61,246 bases of DNA from an uncultured Mycoplasmatota bacterium (GTDB taxonomy: Bacteria > Bacillota_I > Bacilli_A > RF39 > UBA660). The notes under the pieces are model-generated. The model worked only from the letters and a program-made list of their open reading frames with translations, did no database searches and was not told the origin of the DNA. The stretch covers positions 1 to 61,246 of the forward strand of contig CAMMWS010000003.1 in NCBI GenBank assembly GCA_946500695.1, written 5' to 3'. This document shows, piece by piece, positions 18,626 to 28,723 of the stretch (positions within the stretch are counted from its first letter, which is position 1; every line of letters begins with the position of its first letter). The position numbers were made by a program, and so were the translations under genes.

Positions 18626-19285
18626 ATGGATAAATATTTAGAAATAAAAAAGTTATTTGAACAGAATGAAGATAAAGAAAATGCTATATCAATGGCAAAA
18701 TATATGCGAAACTTATTTGAGTTTTATGGAATTCCTACTCCTAAAAGAAAAGCATTATATAAAGATTTTCTTAAAGATGAAAAGAAAGGTAAAAAAGTTG
18801 ATTGGGATTTTCTTGATAAATGCTATCTGGATTCCCATAGAGAATTCCAATATTTAGTATCTGATTATTTAATTGCAATGAATAACTTTTTAACTTATGA
18901 TGATATCCCTAAAATAGAAAAGTATATAAAAACAAAACAGTGGTGGGATACAATTGATTTTTTAGATAGAGTTATTGGTGAGATAGGACTAAGAGATAGT
19001 AGAGTTGATGATTTAATGCTAGAATGGTCTTGTGATAATGACTTTTGGGTAAGAAGAATAGCGATAGATCATCAATTATGTAGAAAAGATAAAACTAATA
19101 CCATACTATTAGAAAAAATATTAGTTAATAATTTTGGTAGTGATGAATTCTTTATTAATAAAGCGATAGGTTGGGCTTTAAGAGATTATTCTAAAACTAA
19201 TCCTGAATGGGTAAGAGAGTTTATAAATAAATATAAAGATAAAATGAGTAGTTTAAGTGTGAGGGAAGCAAGTAAATATATTTAA
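18626..19285 (+). CDS. alkD: DNA alkylation repair protein (AlkD family glycosylase)
   Basis: MAKYMRNLFEFYGIPTPKR, WWDTID, WVRRIAI, EFFINKAIGWALRDYSKT. Confidence 0.88.
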   Translation: MDKYLEIKKLFEQNEDKENAISMAKYMRNLFEFYGIPTPKRKALYKDFLKDEKKGKKVDWDFLDKCYLDSHREFQYLVSDYLIAMNNFLTYDDIPKIEKYIKTKQWWDTIDFLDRVIGEIGLRDSRVDDLMLEWSCDNDFWVRRIAIDHQLCRKDKTNTILLEKILVNNFGSDEFFINKAIGWALRDYSKTNPEWVREFINKYKDKMSSLSVREASKYI

Positions 19286-19378
19286 TAAATAGTAAATTTT
19301 TAAGGAGAAGAAAAATATATTTATAAATGTATATAAACTAAATAATTATTAAATAGTAGTTTGAGAGGTGGCTAAAAT

Positions 19379-19933
19379 ATGGATAGAAAACTATTAAAGA
19401 TAAGAAAAGTAAAACCAGAAGATGCTAAGAATTGGTTTATTTTAGTAAACAAAGTATGGAGAGATGCATATAATCATATATTTCCAAAAGAAGTATTCAT
19501 AGAAAAAGATAACCGAGTAGATGAGAAAGTAAAAACATTTACCGATAATATAAAAAATGATAACAAAAATATAGCATATGTTGCTGAATATAATAATGAA
19601 ATAATAGGAATAATGCGTGGAAGTATTAATTCATCATATGAACATTTTAATTCTGATTATGCTGATTTAATTGCACTCTATGTTGATCCAAAATTTCAAG
19701 GTTGTGGAATTGGGAGCTCATTTAAAAATATATTTGAACAATGGGCAATGGAAAATGGTGCCTCAAAATATGTAATTGGAGTTTTAAAAGATAATATAAA
19801 AGCTAGAAAAGTATATGAATCATGGGGTGGTAAATTATCAAAATATGAAAAAGATTTCGTTAAATTTGGTGTAGGATATCCAGAAGTATTCTATACATAT
19901 AATTTAGAGAATATACTAAATAAACATAGATAA
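19379..19933 (+). CDS. GNAT N-acetyltransferase
   Basis: LYVDPKFQGCGIG, VLKDNIKARKVYESWGG. Confidence 0.88.
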   Translation: MDRKLLKIRKVKPEDAKNWFILVNKVWRDAYNHIFPKEVFIEKDNRVDEKVKTFTDNIKNDNKNIAYVAEYNNEIIGIMRGSINSSYEHFNSDYADLIALYVDPKFQGCGIGSSFKNIFEQWAMENGASKYVIGVLKDNIKARKVYESWGGKLSKYEKDFVKFGVGYPEVFYTYNLENILNKHR

Positions 19934-19966
19934 TTTTTTAAAATTAAGAGAATTATAAATTACAAG

Positions 19967-20383
19967 GTGATTATTATGAGTAAATATATTCAAGCAATAG
20001 GAATATGGTTTTTAATTATTCCATTAGCAATTATGAATGGTGGATTAAGAGAAAATATATTGGTTAAATTAGGAGATATTGCACTACCATTAAGTGGAAT
20101 TATTCTTAGTATATGTATATTTGTAGTAGCATACTTATTAATACCAAAAATCAAAAATTGTAAACAAACAGATTATTTTATCTTTGGAATAATTTGGTTT
20201 ATTTTAACGAATCTATTTGATTTGTTTATGTATATTAGTGAAGGTGGAGGAATCAAAGATTTATTAGGTTCATATAACTTTTTAACAGGTAATCTATGGA
20301 TTTTAGTTGTCATTACCACATTTATATCTCCAATAATAGTATCAAAAATAAAAAAGAGGAAAGGTGAAATAAAAAATGTATAA
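19967..20383 (+). CDS. Hypothetical membrane protein (about 4 TM)
   Basis: LAIMNGGLRE motif and hydrophobic helices. Confidence 0.7.
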   Translation: MIIMSKYIQAIGIWFLIIPLAIMNGGLRENILVKLGDIALPLSGIILSICIFVVAYLLIPKIKNCKQTDYFIFGIIWFILTNLFDLFMYISEGGGIKDLLGSYNFLTGNLWILVVITTFISPIIVSKIKKRKGEIKNV

Positions 20384-20534
20384 AACAGTTGTTATAGAAT
20401 ATTCTCCAAAAGCTAATGAAATGGCACAAAAAGTAGAGGAAAAAGCTAATGAAATGTTACAAGCTGGTTTTGAACTAGTTACTATGTCAATTACAGGAAC
20501 TGCAAAAGCAATTTTAGTATTTAAAAAGGATTAA
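20376..20534 (+). CDS. Small 52-aa protein missed by the ORF track
   Basis: SD AAAGGTG; MYKTVVIEYSPKANEMAQKVEEKANEMLQAGFELVTMSITGTAKAILVFKKD*. Confidence 0.75.
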   Translation: MYKTVVIEYSPKANEMAQKVEEKANEMLQAGFELVTMSITGTAKAILVFKKD

Positions 20535-20608
20535 AAAAGCTTTATATAAATTAAAATTTATCGAATAGAAAATGTATTATTAAATTAATAAATAATTATT
20601 AGTAGTAA

Positions 20609-20935
20609 TTGGAAAATAAGAGGTTAATTATGGAATATATATTTATGATAATTTTTGGTATATGTATTATAATTTTAGGAATTTTAAATTATAAAGGTAA
20701 TATTTCTTCTATTCATTGGTATAATAGAACAAGAATTACAAAAGAAAATTCTAAGAAATATGGAGAAGCAATGGGGCTTGGAACAATAATAATTGGAGTT
20801 AGTTTAACTATAACAGCTATTTTACAAATGATTTTTGAAATTGAAAGTCTATGGTTTATTACTTTAGTAGGTGTTATCATTGGTTTAGTTTTTCTACTTT
20901 ATGGGCAATTTAAGTATAATAGAGGAATTTTCTAA
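20609..20935 (+). CDS. Small membrane protein (3 TM)
   Basis: GNISSIHWYNR motif between hydrophobic helices. Confidence 0.7.
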   Translation: MENKRLIMEYIFMIIFGICIIILGILNYKGNISSIHWYNRTRITKENSKKYGEAMGLGTIIIGVSLTITAILQMIFEIESLWFITLVGVIIGLVFLLYGQFKYNRGIF

Positions 20936-20990
20936 TTTTGATATAGATTCCTTTATTTTTTTAGTATATATGCTTGGTGTGTTAAGAAAA

Positions 20991-21019
20991 CTAGCAAAAA
21001 TGTAAAATATAGTTGATAG
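20991..21019. promoter_or_regulatory. Putative XRE operator overlapping a -35 box
   Basis: CTAGCAA-N15-TTGATAG preceded by GTTAAGAAAA; same layout at 21540-21568. Confidence 0.5.
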
Positions 21020-21064
21020 AAAAAGAAAGTTTAAAGTAGTACACTTAATTTGGAGGTTGATAAA

Positions 21065-21514
21065 ATGAGCTTAGGAAATAATTTATTTGAAGCAAGAAAG
21101 AAGGCATGCTTATCACAAGAAAGAGTTGCAGAAAAGTTAGGGGTTAGTAGGCAGACAATTTCAAAATGGGAAACAAATGAAACTATTCCAGATATTTATC
21201 AGTCAAAAAAACTTTCAAAATTATATAATTTATCTTTAGATGAGTTAATAGAGTTTGATGTAGATTTAAAAGAGATAGAAGAAATTATTAAAAATACTGA
21301 TGAGGCGAAAGAAGCAAAAATTAATTGGACAAATGCTTGGGGTAAGAAATATAAAGTATTAGTAACATATCAAAAAGAAGTTGATATATCTAAATATGCT
21401 AAAGGAATTAGAATGATGCTTGATAGTTTATCTAGTGAGTATGGTTATAATAAACAAGATAGTATGTTAGTTTTAAAAGATATTCTTTATCACGAATGGA
21501 AAGATAAAAAATAG
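21065..21514 (+). CDS. XRE-family HTH transcriptional regulator
   Basis: LSQERVAEKLGVSRQTISKWETNETIPD. Confidence 0.88.
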   Translation: MSLGNNLFEARKKACLSQERVAEKLGVSRQTISKWETNETIPDIYQSKKLSKLYNLSLDELIEFDVDLKEIEEIIKNTDEAKEAKINWTNAWGKKYKVLVTYQKEVDISKYAKGIRMMLDSLSSEYGYNKQDSMLVLKDILYHEWKDKK

Positions 21515-21539
21515 ATTAATTATTTTAATGTTAAGAAAA

Positions 21540-21568
21540 TTAGCATAATTTCCATTAGATATTGCTAG
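21540..21568. promoter_or_regulatory. Putative XRE operator overlapping a -35 box
   Basis: TTAGCAT-N15-TTGCTAG preceded by GTTAAGAAAA. Confidence 0.5.
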
Positions 21569-21612
21569 ACCAAAAAGCTTTAAGATTATATACTTTTAAC
21601 TGAGGTGAAAAA

Positions 21613-22176
21613 ATGGAAATAGGAAATAAAATATTAGAATTAAGAAAGAAAAATAATCTTTCTCAAGAAGCATTAGCAGAAAAGATAGGAGTTAGTAGGC
21701 AAACAATATCTAAATGGGAGTTAGGTGAGACAGCTCCTGATATTAAACAAGCGAAAGAATTATCTAAAGTATTTAATGTTAGTTTAGATGAGTTAACTGA
21801 TAATGATATTAAAAATGTTTTAGAAGCTAAAGTTAGTAATACAGAAAAGTTAGCAGGTATTATAATTAAAATTTTAAAAGTAATAGGAATATTATCAATA
21901 ATATATGTAATACTTTTTGTCATTGCATTAATTTTATTTACTGCTTTTCCTAATGAGCAAAAGACAACGACAGAGATAATATCTGCTGATTTAAATTGTT
22001 CTATTGGCGATAATAATTATTTAATTACAATTGGAGAAGATAATTATTTTGAATGTATGGAGTGTAATAAAGATATGGAAATCTATTTAAAAGATATTAC
22101 AGATTATGCTAATATAGAGCATAGTATAGAAAATATAGAAAAATATTTTGAAGATAATGGAGGTAGTTGTAAATAA
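21613..22176 (+). CDS. XRE-family HTH protein with TM segment and C-terminal extracellular domain
   Basis: LSQEALAEKIGVSRQTISKWELGETAPD, then a hydrophobic helix. Confidence 0.85.
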   Translation: MEIGNKILELRKKNNLSQEALAEKIGVSRQTISKWELGETAPDIKQAKELSKVFNVSLDELTDNDIKNVLEAKVSNTEKLAGIIIKILKVIGILSIIYVILFVIALILFTAFPNEQKTTTEIISADLNCSIGDNNYLITIGEDNYFECMECNKDMEIYLKDITDYANIEHSIENIEKYFEDNGGSCK

Positions 22177-22178
22177 GT

Positions 22179-22484
22179 ATGAAAGTAATAACAGTATGTG
22201 GTAGTTATAAATTCAAAAAAGAGATGATTGATATTGCAGAAAAATTAACTTTAGAAGGTAATTGTGTCTTGATGCCTAATGAATTATCAAGATCTAATAA
22301 AGATGATTATAGCCAAGAAGAAGCTTTAATGATTGATAAAATGCACAAAGAAAAAATTAAATTATCAGATGCTATACTTGTTGTTAATGTGGATGGTTAT
22401 ATTGGTAATAGTACTAAAAGTGAAATAGAATATGCTAAATCTTTAAATAAAGAGATTATTTATTATACAGATTTGATGAAATAA
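22179..22484 (+). CDS. Paralog of 2593..2919 (small Rossmann-like protein)
   Basis: ITVCGS...MHKEKIKLSDAILVVN...YIGNSTKSEIEYAKSLNKEIIYYTD. Confidence 0.6.
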   Translation: MKVITVCGSYKFKKEMIDIAEKLTLEGNCVLMPNELSRSNKDDYSQEEALMIDKMHKEKIKLSDAILVVNVDGYIGNSTKSEIEYAKSLNKEIIYYTDLMK

Positions 22485-22529
22485 TGTAATAGTTTTTATA
22501 TAGAGAAAAGTGAAGAAAGTGGTGCTGTA

Positions 22530-23162
22530 ATGAAAAATATTTTAGTGCATGGATTAGGACAAAATGAAACAAGTTGGAATAAAGTAGAAGAAGAGTTAAA
22601 GAGCAATAGTATAAAGGTAGAAATTCCTAGTTTATATTCAATGTTAAAAGATGTTACATCAGATTATGCTACTTTATATGAAAAGTTTTCTAATTACTGT
22701 AATAATTTTGATGAAAAATTAAATCTATGCGGCCTTTCTCTTGGAGGAATACTTGCAATTGATTATGTAAAAGAGCATCCTGATAAAGTAAATTCTCTTA
22801 TATTAATTGGAACACCTTATAAGATTCCCAAATTTCTTTTTAAAGTCCAAGGACTAATATTTAAGGTTATGCCTAAATCTACTTTTGAGAAAATAGGGTG
22901 TGAAAAGAAAGATTTTATTTCTCTTGTTAATTCTATGAGTAATTTAGATATAGAAATTAACTTAGATAAAATAACTTGTAAAACTTTGATTTTATGCGGT
23001 GTTAAGGATAATCAGAATATGGAAAGTGCAAAAATATTAAATAAATCTATTAACAATAGCTCTTTTAAAACTATAGATAATTCTTCTCATGAAGTTAATG
23101 TAGATAATCCTAAAGAACTTGCTAGTATCATTTATAACTTTTGGAAAGATAGAGGTAATTAA
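22530..23162 (+). CDS. Alpha/beta hydrolase
   Basis: VHGLGQ, nucleophile elbow GLSLGG, SSHEVN. Confidence 0.85.
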   Translation: MKNILVHGLGQNETSWNKVEEELKSNSIKVEIPSLYSMLKDVTSDYATLYEKFSNYCNNFDEKLNLCGLSLGGILAIDYVKEHPDKVNSLILIGTPYKIPKFLFKVQGLIFKVMPKSTFEKIGCEKKDFISLVNSMSNLDIEINLDKITCKTLILCGVKDNQNMESAKILNKSINNSSFKTIDNSSHEVNVDNPKELASIIYNFWKDRGN

Positions 23163-23163
23163 T

Positions 23164-23823
23164 ATGAATTATTATGGTAGTGAAGAATATAATCAGTTGA
23201 TTAAAGAGCTAGATAAATTAGTTTATTCTAAATGTGATTTATTAAGGCCAACAAATGAAATAGAGTTAGATGATAATTATTCTATAAAATATTATTACTA
23301 TAAAGATATAGATAGTAGTAAAGATGGGAAAATATGTAGATTATATAAAGATGAAAAAATGATTTATGAATGGAAAAATATTTATAATATATCTAGATAT
23401 GCTACTATTATAAAACATTCTGATGGTAATAAATATTTGTTATTTTCTATAGATTTATATGGTTATAGTGTTTTAAACTTAAAGACATTAGAGTGTATTA
23501 ATTATATACCAAGTGAATCTTATTTAGATAATAAAGAAACTTTTATTTGGTGTGATGTTAATTATAATATTAATAGTAACTTGTTGGTAGTTAGTGGTTG
23601 TTACTGGGGAACTCCATATTCATTAATTGTTTTAGATTTTACTAAACCTATGGAAATAGTAGAGTCTAGGAATTGGCTTAATTTACCTTCAAAATATTAT
23701 GAACTAGGTTGTGATATTGATTTTAAATGTTGGGATGATAATAAATTGGTCTGTATGTTAGACGGAAATAAAGATTCTGTTTTAACTATAGATATTAATG
23801 AACTAAAGGAGGAAGAAAAATGA
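23164..23823 (+). CDS. Hypothetical protein
   Basis: Long ORF; SD GAGGT before ATG 23164; motif VSGCYWGTPY. Confidence 0.65.
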   Translation: MNYYGSEEYNQLIKELDKLVYSKCDLLRPTNEIELDDNYSIKYYYYKDIDSSKDGKICRLYKDEKMIYEWKNIYNISRYATIIKHSDGNKYLLFSIDLYGYSVLNLKTLECINYIPSESYLDNKETFIWCDVNYNINSNLLVVSGCYWGTPYSLIVLDFTKPMEIVESRNWLNLPSKYYELGCDIDFKCWDDNKLVCMLDGNKDSVLTIDINELKEEEK

Positions 23824-24122
23824 GTTTAACAATAAATATATATTATACAGGTAAAAATGGTAGTGCAAGAGCTTTTGCTAAAGAAATGGTAGAAAGTGGT
23901 CTTGTAGAAAGGATAAGAAATGAAGAAGGTAATTTAAAGTATGAATATTTCTTTCCTATGGATGATGAAGAGACAGTTCTATTAATAGATAGATGGGAAA
24001 ATGAAGAAGCCTTAGATAAACATCATAAAACAGAAATGATGAGTGAAATTGCTAAGCTTAGAGATAAATATAATCTTCATATGAGAGTAGAACAGTTTGT
24101 AGAAAAAAATAAACATAAATAG
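23820..24122 (+). CDS. Antibiotic biosynthesis monooxygenase (putative quinol monooxygenase) family
   Basis: IRNEEGNLKYEYF...LLIDRWENEEALDKHH. Confidence 0.85.
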   Translation: MSLTINIYYTGKNGSARAFAKEMVESGLVERIRNEEGNLKYEYFFPMDDEETVLLIDRWENEEALDKHHKTEMMSEIAKLRDKYNLHMRVEQFVEKNKHK

Positions 24123-24237
24123 TTTATTGATTTTCTATTTTTTAATTTTAACAAGAGATGTATTAAGAGTAAATGATAGATATTCTGATATAGCTTTTGA
24201 AATAGAAGATAAATCTATTCTTAGTAAGGTGAGAACT

Positions 24238-24732
24238 ATGAAAAATAAAATATTGTTAGGTGTATTAATAGTTATTATAATATTAGTAGTAATTTTAATA
24301 GTAATTAATTTAAAAGATGGTAACAATGATACTAATCAAGATAGGGGAATAAATACTAGTGAAGAAATAAATGGAGATGATTTAAGTATGAAGATAAATT
24401 TAACAATAAATGGAAATAGTTTTACAGCGACATTAGAAGACAATGAAACAACTAGAGAGCTTTTAAATAGACTTCCAATAGAAGTTAGTATGAGTGAATT
24501 AAATGGTAATGAAAAGTATTATTATTTTGATGAAAGTCTTCCTACTAATAGTTATAGACCTGGTAATATAAGTACTGGAGATATTATGTTATATGGAAGT
24601 GACTGTCTAGTTATTTTTTATGAAAATTTTGATACTCCTTATAGTTATACAAGAATTGGTAAGATAGATAATGTAGATAACTTAAAAGATGCTTTAGGTA
24701 ATGGAAATGTTAATGTTATGATAAGTAAATAG
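24238..24732 (+). CDS. Cyclophilin-like fold protein with N-terminal anchor
   Basis: ATLEDNETTRELLNRLP, MSELNGNEKY, GDIMLYGSDCLVIFY, YTRIG. Confidence 0.8.
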   Translation: MKNKILLGVLIVIIILVVILIVINLKDGNNDTNQDRGINTSEEINGDDLSMKINLTINGNSFTATLEDNETTRELLNRLPIEVSMSELNGNEKYYYFDESLPTNSYRPGNISTGDIMLYGSDCLVIFYENFDTPYSYTRIGKIDNVDNLKDALGNGNVNVMISK

Positions 24733-24840
24733 TTAGTGTGGAAATGCTAACTTTTTTTAATTTTCTAAATATTTTAACTTTTTTAACTTATTTATATGTT
24801 AGAATATATATTAAGAAATTATTTGGGAGGTTTATTTTAT

Positions 24841-25677
24841 ATGAGAGTTGTAAGGAGTAATAATTGGAATAGAGTTAGAACAAAGGAAGAACTATTAGAA
24901 TTATTAAAGGAATATAGGGGAATATTATCTAATCCTATGCAAGACTATTTAAACTCTTTAATAGAATTAGAATTTTCTGTTATAAGAGATTATATTAAAG
25001 ATGAAGATAGAGAGGTTTTATCTGAATTAGAGGTATATAAGAAAGTAGCAATATATAATATATATAATAGAGCTTTAAACCTATTTAAAAAGCAAGATAT
25101 GCAATTTGATATTTCTGGTAATGAAAATGGTTTTGAAAGTTTAGATGTTTCTACACAGTTAAACGATAAAAATGTAAGATTATTTCATTTTAATTATAGT
25201 GAAAATCGAAGTTTTAATGATAAAATACCTGATGAATATAAAACGATGAGAATTGGAACTGTTAATTTATATCAAACATTAGAAAGTAAAGAATTAAGAG
25301 AAAAAGAATTAAATAGAGTAATGAACAAGTTAGAAATGTTATATGATGCACATAACCCTTATCCAGCTCCTCGTAAGAAAATAGGTGGTCCATATCAACA
25401 ATGGAGTCGTGAACATTCACTTGAAATAGCTGAATATGAGAAATTATTTACAGAATTAGATAGTAAAAAAGAATTAACGGATGAAGATAAAAGAGAAATT
25501 GAGCTAACAAATGAAATTTATAATTTACTATTAGAAGATTATGGGTTAACTAACGAAAGTTTTGAAGAAGTAAAAAGTAGAGCCAAGTTTGGATTTGAAG
25601 CTTATAGTAATCTTCAAAAAACACTTGTTAAAAGGCAACCTAATTTAACTATTACAACTGGCATTAAATATATATAA
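24841..25677 (+). CDS. Hypothetical protein
   Basis: Long ORF; SD GGAGG before ATG 24841. Confidence 0.65.
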   Translation: MRVVRSNNWNRVRTKEELLELLKEYRGILSNPMQDYLNSLIELEFSVIRDYIKDEDREVLSELEVYKKVAIYNIYNRALNLFKKQDMQFDISGNENGFESLDVSTQLNDKNVRLFHFNYSENRSFNDKIPDEYKTMRIGTVNLYQTLESKELREKELNRVMNKLEMLYDAHNPYPAPRKKIGGPYQQWSREHSLEIAEYEKLFTELDSKKELTDEDKREIELTNEIYNLLLEDYGLTNESFEEVKSRAKFGFEAYSNLQKTLVKRQPNLTITTGIKYI

Positions 25678-25704
25678 ATTTAAACTAATTAAGAAGGTGA
25701 GTCT

Positions 25705-27327
25705 ATGAAAGGACAAAATATGTATCTAGCATTTGGTAGTGAAGTCATCTATGATGATGCTTCCTTTTTAATTGAAGATAATGATAAAGTAGGAGTTGTT
25801 GGTGTAAATGGAGCAGGGAAGACTACTTTATTTAAGATTATTTTAAAAGAGGAGTCTTTAGATGCTGGGAAGGTAACTGTTAATAATAAAAAGATAGGAC
25901 ATCTTCCTCAAGAGATTAATTTTACTGATAAAGAGAAGAATGTTTTAGATTATTTATACAGCGGAAGACCAATTGAAGCGTTAGAACAAGAGTTAAATGT
26001 AGTTTATGAGAAGTTAAGTAATGCAAGTGAGTTAGAACAAAATAAACTTTTAAGACAAGCAGAGAAGATTCAAAGTGAACTTGATAGTCTAAATCAATAT
26101 ACTGCAGAAGATGAGTTATTATCTTTAATTGAGAATATGCAAATAGATAGTGAACTCTTAGAAATGAAAGTAGGAGATTTATCAGGAGGTCAAAAATCTA
26201 AAATCGCTTTTGCAAGGCTTCTTTTTTCAAACTCTGATATATTACTTTTAGATGAACCAACTAACCATTTAGACGCTAAGACTAAGGACTTTGTAACAGA
26301 CTATTTAAGAAATTATCACGGTATGGTTTTAGTAATTAGTCACGATATTGATTTCTTAAATGAGGTAGTAACAAAGATAATGTTTATTAATAAAGTTACT
26401 CATAAAATAAAAGTATATAAAGGTAATTATAAAGAATTTAAAAGACTTTATGCTGATGAAATGATGCAGAAAGAATTAAGGATAAAAGAACAAGAAAGAG
26501 AAATAAAGAAATTAGAAGAAGTTGTTAAAAGAGCAGAGTCTGCCTCTCGTACTAATCATAATTTAAAGAGATTAGGTGAATCAAGAAAGAAAATGTTAGA
26601 GAAAAAATTAGATGAGTTAGAGGTAAGAGAAGAAAAATATAAGACTGTTACTATGAAAGTAGAGCCTAAAGAGGTTAGCGGTAGAATACCTTTAGAAGTA
26701 AAACATTTAACTTTTCATTATCCTTCTAAGAGTGATTTATATCGTAATTTATCTTTTGAGATGGCAAGAGGTGAGAAGTTTTTAATAGTTGGAGAAAATG
26801 GGGTAGGGAAATCAACTTTATTAAAGTTAATTATGAATAAATTAAAACCTATTAAAGGAGAAATAGTCTACGGTTATAAAGCTTCTATCGCTTACTATGC
26901 TCAAGAGTTAGAAATATTAGATGAAGATAAGACTATCCTAGAAAATGTAGATAATCCTAATTATAGTGATAATGAGTTAAGAACTTTTTTAGGAAATTTT
27001 CTATTTTCTAATAATGATGTTTTTAAGAAAGTAAAAGTATTATCTCCTGGAGAGAAAGCTAGAGTAGCTTTGTGTAAAATACTTATTCAAAGAACTAACA
27101 TAATTATACTAGATGAACCTACTAATCACTTTGATCCAGAAACACAAAAAATTATTGGTGAGAACTTTAAGAATTATACAGGTACTTTAATAATGGTAAG
27201 TCATAATCCTTCTTTTGTAGAACAGATTGGTGTTACTAGAATGTTAGTCTTACCAGAAGGTAAAATTGTAGAATATAAAAGAGAATTACTTCATTACTAT
27301 TATTACTTAAATACAGAGTTAGTGTAA
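25705..27327 (+). CDS. ABC-F family ATPase
   Basis: GVNGAGKT/LSGGQ/DEPTNH and GENGVGKS/LSPGE/DEPTNH; no TM segments. Confidence 0.9.
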   Translation: MKGQNMYLAFGSEVIYDDASFLIEDNDKVGVVGVNGAGKTTLFKIILKEESLDAGKVTVNNKKIGHLPQEINFTDKEKNVLDYLYSGRPIEALEQELNVVYEKLSNASELEQNKLLRQAEKIQSELDSLNQYTAEDELLSLIENMQIDSELLEMKVGDLSGGQKSKIAFARLLFSNSDILLLDEPTNHLDAKTKDFVTDYLRNYHGMVLVISHDIDFLNEVVTKIMFINKVTHKIKVYKGNYKEFKRLYADEMMQKELRIKEQEREIKKLEEVVKRAESASRTNHNLKRLGESRKKMLEKKLDELEVREEKYKTVTMKVEPKEVSGRIPLEVKHLTFHYPSKSDLYRNLSFEMARGEKFLIVGENGVGKSTLLKLIMNKLKPIKGEIVYGYKASIAYYAQELEILDEDKTILENVDNPNYSDNELRTFLGNFLFSNNDVFKKVKVLSPGEKARVALCKILIQRTNIIILDEPTNHFDPETQKIIGENFKNYTGTLIMVSHNPSFVEQIGVTRMLVLPEGKIVEYKRELLHYYYYLNTELV

Positions 27328-27369
27328 TATTGAAATTAAAAGTAGTTAGTTTTATAATAATACTAGGAG

Positions 27370-27951
27370 ATGATAAAAATGGCTAAAAAAGATTTAGGTG
27401 TAAAACCTTATTTATTTCCAATGCCTGTTTTAATGATTGCAACATACTGTGAAGATGGTAGTGTTGATGTTATGAATATGGCTTGGGGAGGTATTTGTGG
27501 TAATAATAAAGTTGCATTAAACATTACAGAGAGTCATAAGACTTCTAAAAATATTAAAGAAAGAGGAGCTTTTACTATTAGTGTTGCAGATGTTCCTCAT
27601 TTAGAAGAGTCAGATTATTTTGGTACTGCTAGTGCTAATAGAGTTAAAGATAAGTTTGAGAAAAGTGGAATGCATGCAGTTAAAAGTGAAAGAGTAGATG
27701 CTCCAATTATTGAAGAGTATCCCATTACCTTAGAATGTAAAGTATCTAAGATATATAATGATGATGAAGGGTTTAGAGTAGTTGGTGAAATAGTTAATGT
27801 CTTAGTAGATGAAGAAGTACTTGATTCTAATGGTAAAGTTGATCCTACTAAGTTAAATGCTTTTGTCTTTGATCAATTTCAAAATGGATATTATGCAATT
27901 GGTGAAAAAGTAGGGGAAGCTTGGAAGAGTGGCAATAAATATATAAAATAG
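27370..27951 (+). CDS. Flavin reductase-like FMN-binding protein
   Basis: PMPVLMIATY, MNMAWGG, APIIEEYPITLEC, VVGEIVNV. Confidence 0.85.
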   Translation: MIKMAKKDLGVKPYLFPMPVLMIATYCEDGSVDVMNMAWGGICGNNKVALNITESHKTSKNIKERGAFTISVADVPHLEESDYFGTASANRVKDKFEKSGMHAVKSERVDAPIIEEYPITLECKVSKIYNDDEGFRVVGEIVNVLVDEEVLDSNGKVDPTKLNAFVFDQFQNGYYAIGEKVGEAWKSGNKYIK

Positions 27952-27990
27952 AGTATTCAGTTTATTTTTATTAAAGGAGTATGATTTGTA

Positions 27991-28473
27991 ATGGAAAGTT
28001 TTAGCTTTTTTATACATAAACCTAAATCTGTTTGTTTAAAAGCGGATTTAATGTTAGATAGTGATACACTAGATGTATCATACTATATTATTGATTGTTT
28101 AACTTATAAAAAGCATATGAAAGATTTTGTAACTTCAATAGATAAAATTAAAAGTTGTAAAAAAAGAATTAAAATTTTTCTAAATATTGCGGATATTATA
28201 TTTTATATAGTAATTGCATTTTTATTTGTATTAGGAGTTTTGTGGCAAAATAATACAGGATTACATATTATTACGCCTATGTTTTGTATTGGCTATTCTA
28301 TTATTATTTTAATTTTTTCTTTTTTACATTTGACTCCTATATTAGAAATATGTCTAGTTGATGGTAATGTTTATTATATTCCAACAAGCAGTTTTATTAT
28401 TTCTACATCAAAACAAAAAAGACAATTAGACACATTGTATCAATTGCTGAATAGAACTAATAGAATTAAGTAA
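27991..28473 (+). CDS. Hypothetical membrane protein
   Basis: SD AAGGAG; two hydrophobic helices. Confidence 0.6.
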   Translation: MESFSFFIHKPKSVCLKADLMLDSDTLDVSYYIIDCLTYKKHMKDFVTSIDKIKSCKKRIKIFLNIADIIFYIVIAFLFVLGVLWQNNTGLHIITPMFCIGYSIIILIFSFLHLTPILEICLVDGNVYYIPTSSFIISTSKQKRQLDTLYQLLNRTNRIK

Positions 28474-28501
28474 ATTATCAAATTCGAATGCTTTGTGATA
28501 C

Positions 28502-28530
28502 TTGAAAATAATATATTTTTATGATACTAT
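28502..28530 (+). promoter_or_regulatory. Promoter of putative antisense RNA 1
   Basis: TTGAAA-17-TACTAT with TG extension; conserved in copy 2. Confidence 0.7.
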
Positions 28531-28536
28531 GAATAT

Positions 28537-28655
28537 GTAAAAGAAATTTACATATAATTAAAAAAGAGGAATACCTAGTTTTGCGTTCTGGGTGTTATCT
28601 CTAAAATGGTTAGAAGTAAACACCCTAATTACAAAGCTGTAATAGGGCGTTTTAC
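28537..28655 (+). ncRNA. Putative antisense antitoxin RNA 1 (type I TA)
   Basis: Promoter, 5' hairpin GTAAA/TTTAC and terminal hairpin AAACACCCTAATTACA/TGTAATAGGGCGTTTT; converges on the peptide ORF stop. Confidence 0.6.
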
Positions 28656-28723
28656 TATCTATAAATAATTAAAAGAATTATAATAAGTAATAGTATTAAT
28701 ATTAAAGAATCTTTCTTACTCAT
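28655..28723 (-). CDS. 22-aa hydrophobic peptide MSKKDSLILILLLIIILLIIYR, putative type I toxin
   Basis: Strong SD AGAAAGGGG 8 nt upstream; single TM helix; ORF length conserved in copy 2. Confidence 0.75.
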   Translation of the reverse strand: MSKKDSLILILLLIIILLIIYR

